A stretch of 64,000 nucleotides of DNA from a virus: IMG/VR virus record IMGVR_UViG_3300036987_000083, positions 115,490 through 179,489 of that record; one strand, given 5' to 3'. Both the position numbers and the translations under genes were made by a program. The notes under the pieces were generated by a model, which did not search any database, was not told where the DNA came from, and was given only the letters and a program-made list of their open reading frames with translations. Below, piece by piece: positions 24,071 through 32,741 of the stretch. Within the stretch, counting starts at the first letter, position 1; each line of letters starts with the position of its first letter.

Positions 24071-24071
24071 T

Positions 24072-24278
24072 ATGAAAAAAGCAATCAAGGCCGGAGAGAC
24101 GCCTGTGCGGCACGCTGATTGGACGATAGTAGTTCACGAAAAGGACCAAACTACTTGCAAGCACGGCTCAGGCAATTGTGAAACGTGTGGCACTAGTAAT
24201 CACCGCGATAGGCGGCACACGACTACTGGCGGTAAAGGGTTGGTCGCTCAGCTTCGAGAGAAGAAGTCCCGTAGGTAA
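24072..24278 (+). CDS. Small Cys/His-containing hypothetical protein
   Basis: ATG after GGGAG; CKHG..CETC. Confidence 0.45.
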   Translation: MKKAIKAGETPVRHADWTIVVHEKDQTTCKHGSGNCETCGTSNHRDRRHTTTGGKGLVAQLREKKSRR

Positions 24279-24350
24279 TCCCTTTCGAATAGTGGCAGAG
24301 ACGGACGTCAAACCGACAGTGAGCAGAGTTACCTGTCACCTAGTGATTTT

Positions 24351-24425
24351 GTTCTCGTAGCTCAGTTGGATTAGAGCAGCGGCCTTCGAAGCCGATGGTC
24401 GGGGGTTCGAGTCCCTCCGAGAATG
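24351..24425 (+). tRNA. tRNA-Arg(TCG)
   Basis: CGGC-CTTCGAA-GCCG. Confidence 0.9.
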
Positions 24426-24430
24426 CTGTT

Positions 24431-24505
24431 GGTCCTGTAGCTCAGTTGGATTAGAGCGTTTGGTTCCGAACCAAAAGGTCGGGGGTTCGAGTCCCTCCAG
24501 GATCG
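24431..24505 (+). tRNA. tRNA-Arg(CCG)
   Basis: TTTGG-TTCCGAA-CCAAA. Confidence 0.9.
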
Positions 24506-24637
24506 CTTGCCTACACCCGAAGACTGACACGCACCAAGTGCAAGCTGCTGTATTTGCAGGATAAACTTGATTTCTTGGGCCATGCCGACCTGTGAAGTAC
24601 CCTTGCCCCTACGTCGAAGCACTCCCTGGGGGCACTC

Positions 24638-25135
24638 GTGGAAGCTCTTAAACTAGTATTGGATCTCCCACAGAAAAGGCAGAACACTCCGTTCACCTGT
24701 GGGCCAGTAGCCCTGTCTATGGTTTTGGCAGGATTTGGGGTAGTGAGCACCGAAAAGGGTCTCGCGAAACTCATGAAGGCCTCCCCCAAGCATGGAGTGC
24801 CTCCAGCTACCATCGCAAAAACGGCCAGGAAATTCGGTCTCAAGGCTAAAGCCGTTACGGGACTCACGATTGGTCAACTTGAAAAGCACATCAAGGCTGG
24901 ACGACCTGTAATCGCGGCCATCCAATCCTGGGCCAAGCGGCCCGTGAACTACGCAACGAGTTGGGAGGACGGGCACTACGTGGTGGTAGTCGGTATCGAC
25001 AGCCAGAACGTCCACTTGAGGGACCCTTCAACTCCATCTCTGCGGACTCTCTCCAGAGAGAGCTTCATGCGCAGGTGGCATGACTACAGCAAGGATGAAG
25101 TCTTTGTGCAGCTAGGAATCATTTTCAGTAGGTAA
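24638..25135 (+). CDS. C39-family cysteine peptidase
   Basis: RQNTPFTCGPVALSMVL..GHYVVVVGIDSQNVHLRDP (Cys-His-Asp). Confidence 0.85.
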   Translation: MEALKLVLDLPQKRQNTPFTCGPVALSMVLAGFGVVSTEKGLAKLMKASPKHGVPPATIAKTARKFGLKAKAVTGLTIGQLEKHIKAGRPVIAAIQSWAKRPVNYATSWEDGHYVVVVGIDSQNVHLRDPSTPSLRTLSRESFMRRWHDYSKDEVFVQLGIIFSR

Positions 25136-25136
25136 T

Positions 25137-25210
25137 GCTCTCGTCGTCTAGTTGGATAAGGCCTCCGTTTCCTAAACGGATGATCGCAAGTTCGAATCTT
25201 GCCGAGAGCG
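25137..25210 (+). tRNA. tRNA-Arg(CCT)
   Basis: TCCGT-TTCCTAA-ACGGA. Confidence 0.9.
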
Positions 25211-25272
25211 CTATGGGTGGGGGAGCCCATAACGACGTTGACAACAAGTTGTGCAACAGGTACTATCACTGT

Positions 25273-25346
<74 letters not shown>

Positions 25347-25399
25347 CTTCAAGCAGGACCGGTAGGTGGCGCGTCGGACTGCCCACCTAGTGTCTTTCT

Positions 25400-25472
25400 C
25401 GTGATGTCGCCAAGTGGGAAGGCAGCGGTTTCATAATCCGCAACTGAGGTGGTTCGATTCCACCCATCACGA
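25400..25472 (+). tRNA. tRNA-Met(CAT)
   Basis: CGTGATG/CATCACG; loop TTCATAA. Confidence 0.8.
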
Positions 25473-25479
25473 CTGAGTG

Positions 25480-25652
25480 CTGTGAGCGCATCACTCGCCT
25501 CAAAAAGGCGCTCCGACATCACAGTGGTACGAGAGTCTGAGTCTGTAGCGAGTCCAAAGGGCTCCGAGCGCAGTGATGCCTCGGCAAGTGGCGACACTTG
25601 GTGACACGGCCAGCCACGCGAAAGGACGCTCGTCGTCGTTAAACGCTGTACC
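25480..25652 (+). ncRNA. Structured intergenic RNA with a possible pseudoknot
   Basis: CTGTGA/TCACAG; loop GCATCACT complementary to downstream AGTGATGC; CAAGTG/CACTTG. Confidence 0.4.
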
Positions 25653-25659
25653 TTTTTCT

Positions 25660-25730
25660 GCCCGCGTAGCTCGAAGGTCGAGCGTCCCTTTCACATGGGG
25701 AAGGCGACGGTTCGATTCCGTCCGTGGGTA
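25660..25730 (+). tRNA. tRNA-Val(CAC)
   Basis: TCCCT-TTCACAT-GGGGA. Confidence 0.85.
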
Positions 25731-25745
25731 CTGAGGAGCTTCTCT

Positions 25746-26000
25746 ATGGATAAGAATGCGCTGGCCATGTACCGACGATTTTGCAGAAATGCTGAGCGTC
25801 TATACCTCAAGGAGTACCCCCTAAAGCAGTATGATGCGGACCTGCGGGCTTGTTTCCACGAGCAGCTCGCTCACGCGGGCGTTGCTGGAGAGAAATTGAA
25901 CTCCGCCATCTGCTACGTGCCCGGAGGGCTCATCCTGAAGTTTGAAACAAAGGAGGTCGCTTTTGAAGACCTTTTCGACGCGAGGTGTGCAGCAGAATAA
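25746..26000 (+). CDS. Small hypothetical protein
   Basis: GAGGAG SD before ATG. Confidence 0.5.
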   Translation: MDKNALAMYRRFCRNAERLYLKEYPLKQYDADLRACFHEQLAHAGVAGEKLNSAICYVPGGLILKFETKEVAFEDLFDARCAAE

Positions 26001-26086
26001 GCTCGGGTGGCGGAACTGGTAGACGCGCTAGATTCAGGGTCTAGAGGGGGGCAACCCCCGTGAGAGTTCGATTCTCTCTCCGAGCA
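26001..26086 (+). tRNA. tRNA-Leu(CAG)
   Basis: CTAGA-TTCAGGG-TCTAG; long V arm. Confidence 0.9.
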
Positions 26087-26123
26087 CTTGACAACCGCAG
26101 TCCTGGTGGTGTAGAAGCGCCGA

Positions 26124-26390
26124 ATGGAAGGCCGGTACGAAGCCGCAAGCAGGACCTACGAGATGTTCTTGGGGTTCGCGAAGGAGCTTAAGGTTCCTAG
26201 CACTGTCGGCCAGCAGCATCCTCCCAATGGAGCGCATAGGGAATCGTATTTCGTTCCCAGCGACATCGTCATGTTCGACTACGCTTACCTTCTTAGGGCA
26301 CCAGACGCTGGCTGCTCCAATGAAGATGTTCATCAGTTCGATTCAACAGGTAGATGTACGGTTTGTGGATCACACCGCAGACCCGCTTAA
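26124..26390 (+). CDS. Small hypothetical protein
   Basis: ORF after TTGACA box at 26088. Confidence 0.45.
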   Translation: MEGRYEAASRTYEMFLGFAKELKVPSTVGQQHPPNGAHRESYFVPSDIVMFDYAYLLRAPDAGCSNEDVHQFDSTGRCTVCGSHRRPA

Positions 26391-26396
26391 TGTAAT

Positions 26397-26480
26397 GCTC
26401 CGGTGGCGGAATTGGTAGACGCACCAGCTTGAGGGGCTGGCGACCGAAAGGTCATAGGGGTTCGATTCCCCTCTGGAGCA
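26397..26480 (+). tRNA. tRNA-Leu(GAG)
   Basis: CCAGC-TTGAGGG-GCTGG. Confidence 0.9.
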
Positions 26481-26492
26481 CAGAAAGGAATT

Positions 26493-26897
26493 ATGAAGCA
26501 GGAAACTTACCGGTCACCTTGGTTTGATCTTGAAGGGTGCTTGGCCTGTACGGTCAAATATTCGGACGGTTCAAAGGGTACTGTTCTTCAACACCGGGAA
26601 GTTATGGAGCAAGTTCTCGGTCGTAAGTTGAAGCCGCAGGAACTGGTGCATCACAAGAATAGCAACAAGCGGGACAACTCGCCTACCAATTTGAAGATCA
26701 CTTCCAGACCTGCGCACGCCGCCGAGCACGCCAAGACTAGGGTTCCCGAGCTTCTAGAAGTAACCTGTTTGGAGTGTGGAAAGACTTCGCTGAAGCTAGC
26801 TAGGCAAGTAAGGCACAACCAAATTGGTCAACAAAAGCCTGGTCCTTTTTGTGGTCGAAGTTGTGCTGGTAGATTTAACGGACGTAAACGTATTTGA
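26493..26897 (+). CDS. HNH endonuclease (HNH_3 type); stop abuts tRNA-Leu
   Basis: LQHREVME..LGRKLKPQELVHHKNSNKRDNSPTNL. Confidence 0.9.
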   Translation: MKQETYRSPWFDLEGCLACTVKYSDGSKGTVLQHREVMEQVLGRKLKPQELVHHKNSNKRDNSPTNLKITSRPAHAAEHAKTRVPELLEVTCLECGKTSLKLARQVRHNQIGQQKPGPFCGRSCAGRFNGRKRI

Positions 26898-26981
26898 GGG
26901 CTAGTGGCGAAACTGGTAGTCGCGCCAGATTTAGGGTCTGGTGGGGGAAACCCCGTGAGAGTTCGAGTCTCTCCTTGCCCA
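26898..26981 (+). tRNA. tRNA-Leu(TAG)
   Basis: CCAGA-TTTAGGG-TCTGG. Confidence 0.9.
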
Positions 26982-26989
26982 TGTATTGC

Positions 26990-27073
26990 TGCCCGGTGGC
27001 GGAATTGGTAGACGTGGTGGACTTAAAATCCATTGCCCTTCGGGGCGTACGAGTTCGAGTCTCGTTCGGGTAA
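26990..27073 (+). tRNA. tRNA-Leu(TAA)
   Basis: GTGGA-CTTAAAA-TCCAT. Confidence 0.9.
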
Positions 27074-27087
27074 CACGAAATTGCTTT

Positions 27088-27171
27088 GCCCCTGTGGCGG
27101 AATTGGTAAACGCATCAGACTCAAAATCTGACGCCTTAACGGGCTTGAGGGTTCGATTCCCTCTGGGGGCA
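27088..27171 (+). tRNA. tRNA-Leu(CAA)
   Basis: TCAGA-CTCAAAA-TCTGA. Confidence 0.9.
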
Positions 27172-27216
27172 CAGGTGGGCTATCCTTAGTCGGGAAGCTC
27201 ACTTTCGGAGAGTTCA

Positions 27217-27501
27217 ATGTTTCAACAATTGATTCAGCAGTTGAAGGAAGCGAAGCATAAGTTCAGCGCCGCCGATGCTCGACGCATCGGCAACAAGCTC
27301 GGGGTTAACTGGAAGAGGGTCAACCTCGAACAGTTTCGTATGGGCTTGGAGGTGGAGTCCGAGCACGACCAGGGCGACAACATCGACGTGGTCGGCCCTC
27401 AGACGGATCTTGGAAAAATTGCCCTAGCGCACTTGAAGGAGCTTCCAGACTACTACACGCGCCTGAGGCGCATGGAGAAGGACGCGAACGCAGAAGAGTA
27501 G
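27217..27501 (+). CDS. DUF5661-like protein
   Basis: EQFRMGLEVESEH..LGKIALAHLKELPDYYTRLRRME. Confidence 0.75.
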   Translation: MFQQLIQQLKEAKHKFSAADARRIGNKLGVNWKRVNLEQFRMGLEVESEHDQGDNIDVVGPQTDLGKIALAHLKELPDYYTRLRRMEKDANAEE

Positions 27502-27568
27502 AGATTCGAGCGCAGTCAGCTCCATGGTTGTTCACCCGTCGTACAAAACATACAAGGAGGCCGGTAAC

Positions 27569-28114
27569 ATGGAAACTCTAGTTCTGAGCGCGTCGTATGA
27601 GCCAGTTAGCCGGGTCTCCTGGCAGCGAGCGATTACTCTTATTTGGGAAAACAAGGTTGAGGTCATTGAGGAGTACGAGAACCGGTTTGTGCACTCGGTT
27701 ACTCTCGAATTCAAGATGCCTTCAGTCATTCGGTTCCTGAAGGCCATTCGTGGGCGGAAGCGCGCTATCAAGTTCAGCCGCGAGAACGTGTTTGCTCGTG
27801 ACAACGGTCGTTGCCAGTACTGCGCAGTGAAACTGGCGCGTGCGGAATCCACTTACGACCACGTAATCCCTCGGGCAATGGGAGGGCATACGCGGTGGGA
27901 GAACGTTGTAATCGCGTGCTACGCCTGCAACCAGAAGAAAGGCTGCAAGACACCTGAGCAGGCAAAGATGAAGCTGCTCACGCAGCCCATCAAGCCGAAG
28001 AAGCTTCCTGATACACTTCGGCTCACCTTCCAAGTGACAAAGGATACTCCGGATTCGTGGAAGCAGTGGATTGCCTCCGTGAACTACTGGAACACCGAGT
28101 TGGATCAGGACTAA
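27569..28114 (+). CDS. HNH endonuclease (McrA/HNH_5-like)
   Basis: VLSASYEP..FSRENVFARDNGRCQYC..TYDHVIPR..GG..WENVVIACYACNQKKG. Confidence 0.9.
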   Translation: METLVLSASYEPVSRVSWQRAITLIWENKVEVIEEYENRFVHSVTLEFKMPSVIRFLKAIRGRKRAIKFSRENVFARDNGRCQYCAVKLARAESTYDHVIPRAMGGHTRWENVVIACYACNQKKGCKTPEQAKMKLLTQPIKPKKLPDTLRLTFQVTKDTPDSWKQWIASVNYWNTELDQD

Positions 28115-28162
28115 AGAGGTGGACAGGGACTCAAGAGGTTTGAGTCCTCACAGAGGTGAGGC

Positions 28163-28414
28163 ATGAGCGTAAGAGCGAAGATGCGTTGCACGAGAAGGTC
28201 TGAAAGCACTTCGGTTTGCACGAGCAATGGGTCAGTCGAGTCTGTAGAGGTACATCTCCAGCCAGTATACGGAACTGGAGAGGACGACTCGAACAAGGAA
28301 TGGTCTAAGTGGACGCCGAGTGGTGAGGTGCGGATGGTCATCACCAACCCGGAAGCCTATAACCAGTTTGAAGTCGGCAAGACGTACTTTGTCGATTTCA
28401 TTGCTGTAGACTAG
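28163..28414 (+). CDS. Conserved small phage hypothetical protein
   Basis: VRAKMRC..ENKEWSKWTPSGEVRMVITNP..FEVGKTYFVDF pattern; GAGG SD. Confidence 0.7.
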   Translation: MSVRAKMRCTRRSESTSVCTSNGSVESVEVHLQPVYGTGEDDSNKEWSKWTPSGEVRMVITNPEAYNQFEVGKTYFVDFIAVD

Positions 28415-28456
28415 GACCACCTGCCGCCGGGCCCCCAGGGCGCATCTGGGGGTTTT

Positions 28457-28490
28457 GGAAGATTGGGTGAGTGGCTCATACCAGCGGTCT
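28457..28490 (+). pseudogene. 5' half of a canonical tRNA-Ser(GGA)
   Basis: GGAAGAT..GCGGTCT; pairs with the 3' half at 29048-29100. Confidence 0.8.
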
Positions 28491-28493
28491 TTT

Positions 28494-28578
28494 GGAGAGG
28501 TAACTGGTCAGGGACCGGGCTCGACTTGAAATCGAAGCGTGCCTTCATGGGCATGGGGATCAAGACCTCACTTCTCCG
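28494..28578 (+). tRNA. 8/4 allo-type tRNA-Ser(TGA), nested in the split tRNA
   Basis: GGAGAGGT/ACTTCTCC; CTGGTC/GACCGG; TCGA-CTTGAAA-TCGA; GGGG/CCTC T stem. Confidence 0.75.
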
Positions 28579-28579
28579 C

Positions 28580-29038
28580 ATGAACAACTCACAGGTGCAA
28601 AAAGGTGACGTAGCGGTACTGATTGCAACAGCCAAATTCATGGAGGCTGGGCTTATCGTTCTAAAGCCCGTGAGTGAATCTCTACCGTATGACTTAGTAA
28701 TTGCCACCGACAAGCACTTCTACAGAGTTCAAGTGAAGAGGGCTCAGAAGCGCCGCGCGAGCCCAGGAAGATACAGTATCCCGTTCAGGAAAGTGACCGT
28801 CAATAGGAACAAAACAAAGGTCTACACCTATACTGAGGAGCACACAGACTTCCTTGTAGGTGTGATAGTAGAGACGTCCGAACTGTACGTTTACCCTCTT
28901 GCTGAGATCAAGAACATCAGCTCAATGGTGGTCGTCGACCCGGGCGGATTGTCAAAGAAACGCAATGGTCCTCAAAAAGTAGATTCTGAGAGGTACCGAA
29001 ACGTACTTAACTTCGAAGGTAGAAAAATAAAATTGTAG
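28580..29038 (+). CDS. PD-(D/E)XK homing-type endonuclease (I-Ssp6803I/PDDEXK_5-like)
   Basis: KGDVA..G..VLKP....YDLV......RVQVK. Confidence 0.85.
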   Translation: MNNSQVQKGDVAVLIATAKFMEAGLIVLKPVSESLPYDLVIATDKHFYRVQVKRAQKRRASPGRYSIPFRKVTVNRNKTKVYTYTEEHTDFLVGVIVETSELYVYPLAEIKNISSMVVVDPGGLSKKRNGPQKVDSERYRNVLNFEGRKIKL

Positions 29039-29047
29039 TTCTGGATT

Positions 29048-29100
29048 GGAAAACCGCCAGTCCCGAGAGGGGCTCGAAGGTTCGAATCCTTCATCTTCCG
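29048..29100 (+). pseudogene. 3' half of the canonical tRNA-Ser(GGA)
   Basis: GGAAA-ACCGC, V arm, GAAGG-TTCGAAT-CCTTC, ATCTTCC-G. Confidence 0.8.
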
Positions 29101-29105
29101 CTGTT

Positions 29106-29191
29106 GGAAAGTGTGCTGGTCACGGGACCAGGCCTCGCTCGAAACGAGTGCGTGCCTGCAAGGGCACGGGGTTCGATTCCTCCACTTTCCA
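29106..29191 (+). tRNA. 8/4 allo-type tRNA-Ser(CGA)
   Basis: GGAAAGTG/CACTTTCC; CTGGTC-ACGG-GACCAG; CTCG-CTCGAAA-CGAG; GGGG-TTCGATT-CCTC. Confidence 0.8.
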
Positions 29192-29220
29192 TATGAGTTC
29201 GATTGTAGTACCTTCCGCAT

Positions 29221-29580
29221 ATGGGTTATCTCGATCCCGAAGCGCAGCGTAAGTACCAGCGGGAATGGAGAGCGCTACGGCGGGCTGAGTGGTTTAACGG
29301 AAAGAAATGCGTTGAGTGCGGTTCGACCCAAAATCTAGAGTTGGACCACATTGACCCTTCTAAAAAGGTGACCCACAACGTGTGGTCGTGGTCGAAAAAG
29401 CGTCGCGATGCCGAGCTGGGGAAGTGTCAAGCACTCTGCGATGTCTGCCATCAGAAAAAGACCATCGAGACCCGCGAAGTGCGAACGGATCACGGGCGAG
29501 GTCAGATGTACCAAAACTACGGGTGTCGCTGCGTGAAGTGCCGGGCGTGGAAGAGTGCTTCAGATAAACTGTATCGCTAG
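29221..29580 (+). CDS. HNH endonuclease
   Basis: CVECGSTQNLELDHIDP..KCQALCDVCHQKK; HGRG..Y..GCRCVKC. Confidence 0.9.
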   Translation: MGYLDPEAQRKYQREWRALRRAEWFNGKKCVECGSTQNLELDHIDPSKKVTHNVWSWSKKRRDAELGKCQALCDVCHQKKTIETREVRTDHGRGQMYQNYGCRCVKCRAWKSASDKLYR

Positions 29581-29664
29581 GTCTTTCCGCTCCGATGTCA
29601 GGGTTTCGAAGATAGTAACGACCACATGGTCGGACGCAGCACGCAGCACTTCTAAGGACGCCGT

Positions 29665-30285
29665 ATGAAACCGTACCCTTCGATTCCCCGGGCGACCGGT
29701 CGAAGCTTTCACGAAATTCCCAACGCGTACATCTTCGACAAGCTCGATGGTCGTAACATCCGAGTAGAGTGGTCGAGGAGGAACGGCTGGGGCAAGTGGG
29801 GTACACGGCACCGTCTGTTCGATGCCACGGATGCTGAGTTTGCTCCGGCAATTCCGCTCTTTGAGCAGGTCTACGCGGAGCCCATGACAAAGATTGCCAG
29901 AGACAACCGCTGGGAGAGCGTGACGGCATTTCTAGAGTTGTGGCAACCGAACAGTCTCGGGGGTGTTTGGGTTCCAGGAGAGCCGTACACGCTTACGCTG
30001 TTCGACGTGGCACCCTTCAAGCAGTGCCAGATGGCCCCGAAAGAGTTCATAGCGACCTTCAAGGGTGTCCCTACAGCGGCATTCTTGGGGCAGGCCAATT
30101 GGACCCGAGGCTACGTAGAGCGAGTGCGCTCAGGTCAAGTTGAAGGGGTAACTTTTGAGGGTGTCGTGGCGAAGGCAGGCGAGAAGCACAAGCTGGTGCT
30201 GTCGAAAGCGAAGCAGCAACGGTGGGTAGACGCGCTGAAGGCCAGGTATGGCGAGCAGGAAGGCAAGAGGCTTGCCGAGTCGTAG
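29665..30285 (+). CDS. ATP-dependent RNA-ligase-like nucleotidyltransferase
   Basis: Motif I DKLDG; FLELW; LFDV; FEGVVAK. Confidence 0.7.
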   Translation: MKPYPSIPRATGRSFHEIPNAYIFDKLDGRNIRVEWSRRNGWGKWGTRHRLFDATDAEFAPAIPLFEQVYAEPMTKIARDNRWESVTAFLELWQPNSLGGVWVPGEPYTLTLFDVAPFKQCQMAPKEFIATFKGVPTAAFLGQANWTRGYVERVRSGQVEGVTFEGVVAKAGEKHKLVLSKAKQQRWVDALKARYGEQEGKRLAES

Positions 30286-30292
30286 GAATTTT

Positions 30293-30377
30293 GGAGAGTT
30301 AACTAGCTAGGAGCTAGACCCGGTTGGAAACCGGTGGGTACCTGCAAAGGTATGAGATTCGAGTTCTCAGCTTTCCG
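30293..30377 (+). tRNA. 8/4 allo-type tRNA-Ser(GGA)
   Basis: GGAGAGTT/AGCTTTCC; CTAGCT/AGCTAG; CCGG-TTGGAAA-CCGG; GAGA-TTCGAGT-TCTC. Confidence 0.8.
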
Positions 30378-30379
30378 CT

Positions 30380-30445
30380 CGTGAGGCGCATGAACTGGGT
30401 TACTTCCTGCTAAGAAAAATACCTAGTTCGACTTTATCCTCACGT
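30380..30445 (+). ncRNA. Small RNA family X, copy 3 (minimal)
   Basis: CGTGAGG/CCTCACG; GAACTGGGT/ACCTAGTTC; TACTTC..GAAAAAT. Confidence 0.6.
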
Positions 30446-30452
30446 TTTATTT

Positions 30453-30527
30453 GGCCCCGTAGCTCAGTTGGACCAGAGCGCTCCCCTTCTAAGGGAGAAG
30501 TCGCAGGTTCGAGTCCTGCCGGGGTCG
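30453..30527 (+). tRNA. tRNA-Arg(TCT)
   Basis: CTCCC-CTTCTAA-GGGAG. Confidence 0.9.
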
Positions 30528-30558
30528 TAGCCCAACACCACTGCTATTCCTCAGGCAC

Positions 30559-30587
30559 TTGACAATCGCAACACTACCGACTAGTAT
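30559..30587 (+). promoter_or_regulatory. Sigma70-type promoter
   Basis: TTGACA-17-TAGTAT. Confidence 0.7.
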
Positions 30588-30608
30588 GCCTCTCAGTTCT
30601 CGGGAGGT

Positions 30609-31955
30609 GTGCCACGTTGCTTAGCTACTCCACGGCCTTGGAAGTACGGACCTCTTGTCAGGGCTTTGGGCACCTCTTCGTCGGCGGACGCTATGGGTAT
30701 TGATCCACACGAAAGCTTGCGTCAGCGCGTTGCCGCTCGGAAGAGCAAGGAAGAGATCCGCGCCAAGGCGTTGGAAGAGCTGCAGGCGAAGGAGGCCAAG
30801 CTCTGTAAGGCGCTGCGCGAGACCACCATGGATAGGCCGATCAAGGCTGAGTTCCACGAGCTGGTGAAGATTTGCCCGAAGATGGGGCAGCACCTCAGCC
30901 ACGGTCCTGCTCTGTATGTCGGTGGGGTTGTCGAACGGTCCCCCTACGTCGAAGCCGTTTCGGAACTCCTGAAACTGGAACCGATTCGGGAATTGAAAGA
31001 GTGGAAGCCCCAGGGAAAGAGCGCGGAAGCGCTCTTTCGTTCTTTGGGGAGCCATCTTCTCGCGAAATACCCGCTTCCCCCTTTCCTGTGGAATGGCTTC
31101 ATGGGTCCGCAGCGGGTGTGGTTCATCCCCATGGTTAGGCATCTCGCGCTCGGAGGCTCGCTCGCGCAGTACATCAAGACGAGCAATTTCCCCGTTAAGC
31201 TGACTCGCAAGCTGTGCCACGACTTTCTCAAAACACCCGCCAATACTGGAGTCATCCCTGCACTTCGGGGTGCGCAGATTCGCGGTCTCGGAGGGAGTAA
31301 TCGGCTGTTGACTGCGGTGTTGTCTACGCCGTTGGGCTCAACCCTTTGTGTGGATCAGGCCATGGAGGATTTCTACCAAGCAATGTTCCTCTGGTTTGTG
31401 AATCAGCCCATGCTCGACCCGCAGCAGGTCGCCCCGATGGTGGATTACATCCGCCACTGCCGTGACACGGATACTGGCTACACGCTCAAAGGCCGCACCG
31501 CGCTCTCCTTGATGCGTGGAATGGAAGAGTGGCACACGGAAACCGCTCGAAGGAGCGAAATTGGTCACAAAGGCGCTTCGCACTTTAAGCCTTCGGGATT
31601 TTCTGGCGCGGAGTATGACTTCTCGCGTGACAGCCCTACTGGGAAAATCATCGAGATTTGGCGCATTGCTGAAATCCTCACGGCCAAGGCACTGGCCGAT
31701 GAAGGCAAACGGCAGGGCCACTGTGTTTTCTCCTATTCCCGTCGGATTGAGACTGGCTCTTGTTCCATCTGGACCCTCAGCAAAGAAGATAACAAGTCTC
31801 TCGCAGAACATGGCGGGGTTTGGAACATGCTGACTTTGGAAGTCCGTAATGACATTCGGCAGGTAGTACAGGCCAGAGGCCGGTTCAACCGTTGCGCTAC
31901 CACCCACGAGAAGAACATCCTGTCTCGCTGGATGGCTATGGGCGCCTACGTATGA
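30609..31955 (+). CDS. PcfJ-domain protein (start uncertain, possibly 30693)
   Basis: C-terminal LADEGKRQGHCVFSY..SIWTL..LTLEV..VVQARGRFNR. Confidence 0.8.
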   Translation: MPRCLATPRPWKYGPLVRALGTSSSADAMGIDPHESLRQRVAARKSKEEIRAKALEELQAKEAKLCKALRETTMDRPIKAEFHELVKICPKMGQHLSHGPALYVGGVVERSPYVEAVSELLKLEPIRELKEWKPQGKSAEALFRSLGSHLLAKYPLPPFLWNGFMGPQRVWFIPMVRHLALGGSLAQYIKTSNFPVKLTRKLCHDFLKTPANTGVIPALRGAQIRGLGGSNRLLTAVLSTPLGSTLCVDQAMEDFYQAMFLWFVNQPMLDPQQVAPMVDYIRHCRDTDTGYTLKGRTALSLMRGMEEWHTETARRSEIGHKGASHFKPSGFSGAEYDFSRDSPTGKIIEIWRIAEILTAKALADEGKRQGHCVFSYSRRIETGSCSIWTLSKEDNKSLAEHGGVWNMLTLEVRNDIRQVVQARGRFNRCATTHEKNILSRWMAMGAYV

Positions 31956-32132
31956 AGGTCTTCATTCTCTTCGATGAAGAGTTCCCGGCATCCCCGATTG
32001 TCTGTATCTACTCGACGCTAGAGAAAGCCCAGAAGGCTGCAGCGGTGGCCAAGAGACTTTGGACGAGGAGGGTGAAGTGACCGAGCCTACGTATCGTGCT
32101 ATTCCGCCTAAAAACATGAAAGAAGAACCAGA

Positions 32133-32741
32133 GTGAGCGTCAAAATCTATAATGCGCGACGGCTGAAACGCGGAGAAAAGCTTTGGCCTTTTGCGGTCTC
32201 CGTGCAGGAGCGCGCAGTAAAAAACATCAAAAAAGAGTTGACCTCTTGGTATCTTCGAATGTTGCGGGATGCAGAGGACCCTGGGCAGCGTAAGCACTTC
32301 CTCAAGTTACTTGAACTACCCTCCAACTACACTCGGCCACTCGATGCTTTTGCTTTTTCAAATTGGATTAACCGGGAAGTCCGGGCGCAGGCTGGACGAG
32401 GTATTTCGTCCGCCTTTGACATGGATGTTAGCGTCGTCTTTCACGAGTATAGGGGTCGCATCTACTTCCGCCATTTCGCGACCGGCATGATGGGGCACAC
32501 CCTCAATTTCTTGCACCGTGACCCCCGTTCAGAAGACTTCCACTACCAGGATCAGGTCGACAAGAGTTCGGATTGCTCTAACGCTGCGTGGAAGCGTCGA
32601 GCGAAGATTTGGGGCTCCTTAATGGATCCCTGGGGGCGCTTAACCACAGGGCTTGTGCTGGAGATACTGTGTAGTTCGACGTTCTTCACTTTGGATTATG
32701 AAGTCCGGGAAGCTCTACCCCAGAAGAGGCGCACTCCGTGA
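32133..32741 (+). CDS. Hypothetical protein
   Basis: 202-aa ORF overlapping the next start. Confidence 0.6.
   Translation: MSVKIYNARRLKRGEKLWPFAVSVQERAVKNIKKELTSWYLRMLRDAEDPGQRKHFLKLLELPSNYTRPLDAFAFSNWINREVRAQAGRGISSAFDMDVSVVFHEYRGRIYFRHFATGMMGHTLNFLHRDPRSEDFHYQDQVDKSSDCSNAAWKRRAKIWGSLMDPWGRLTTGLVLEILCSSTFFTLDYEVREALPQKRRTP

Noticed and set aside
28491-29047. Group I intron in tRNA-Ser
   Set aside because: The insert is fully occupied by an 85-nt tRNA and a 459-nt ORF, leaving no room for P3-P9 core elements.
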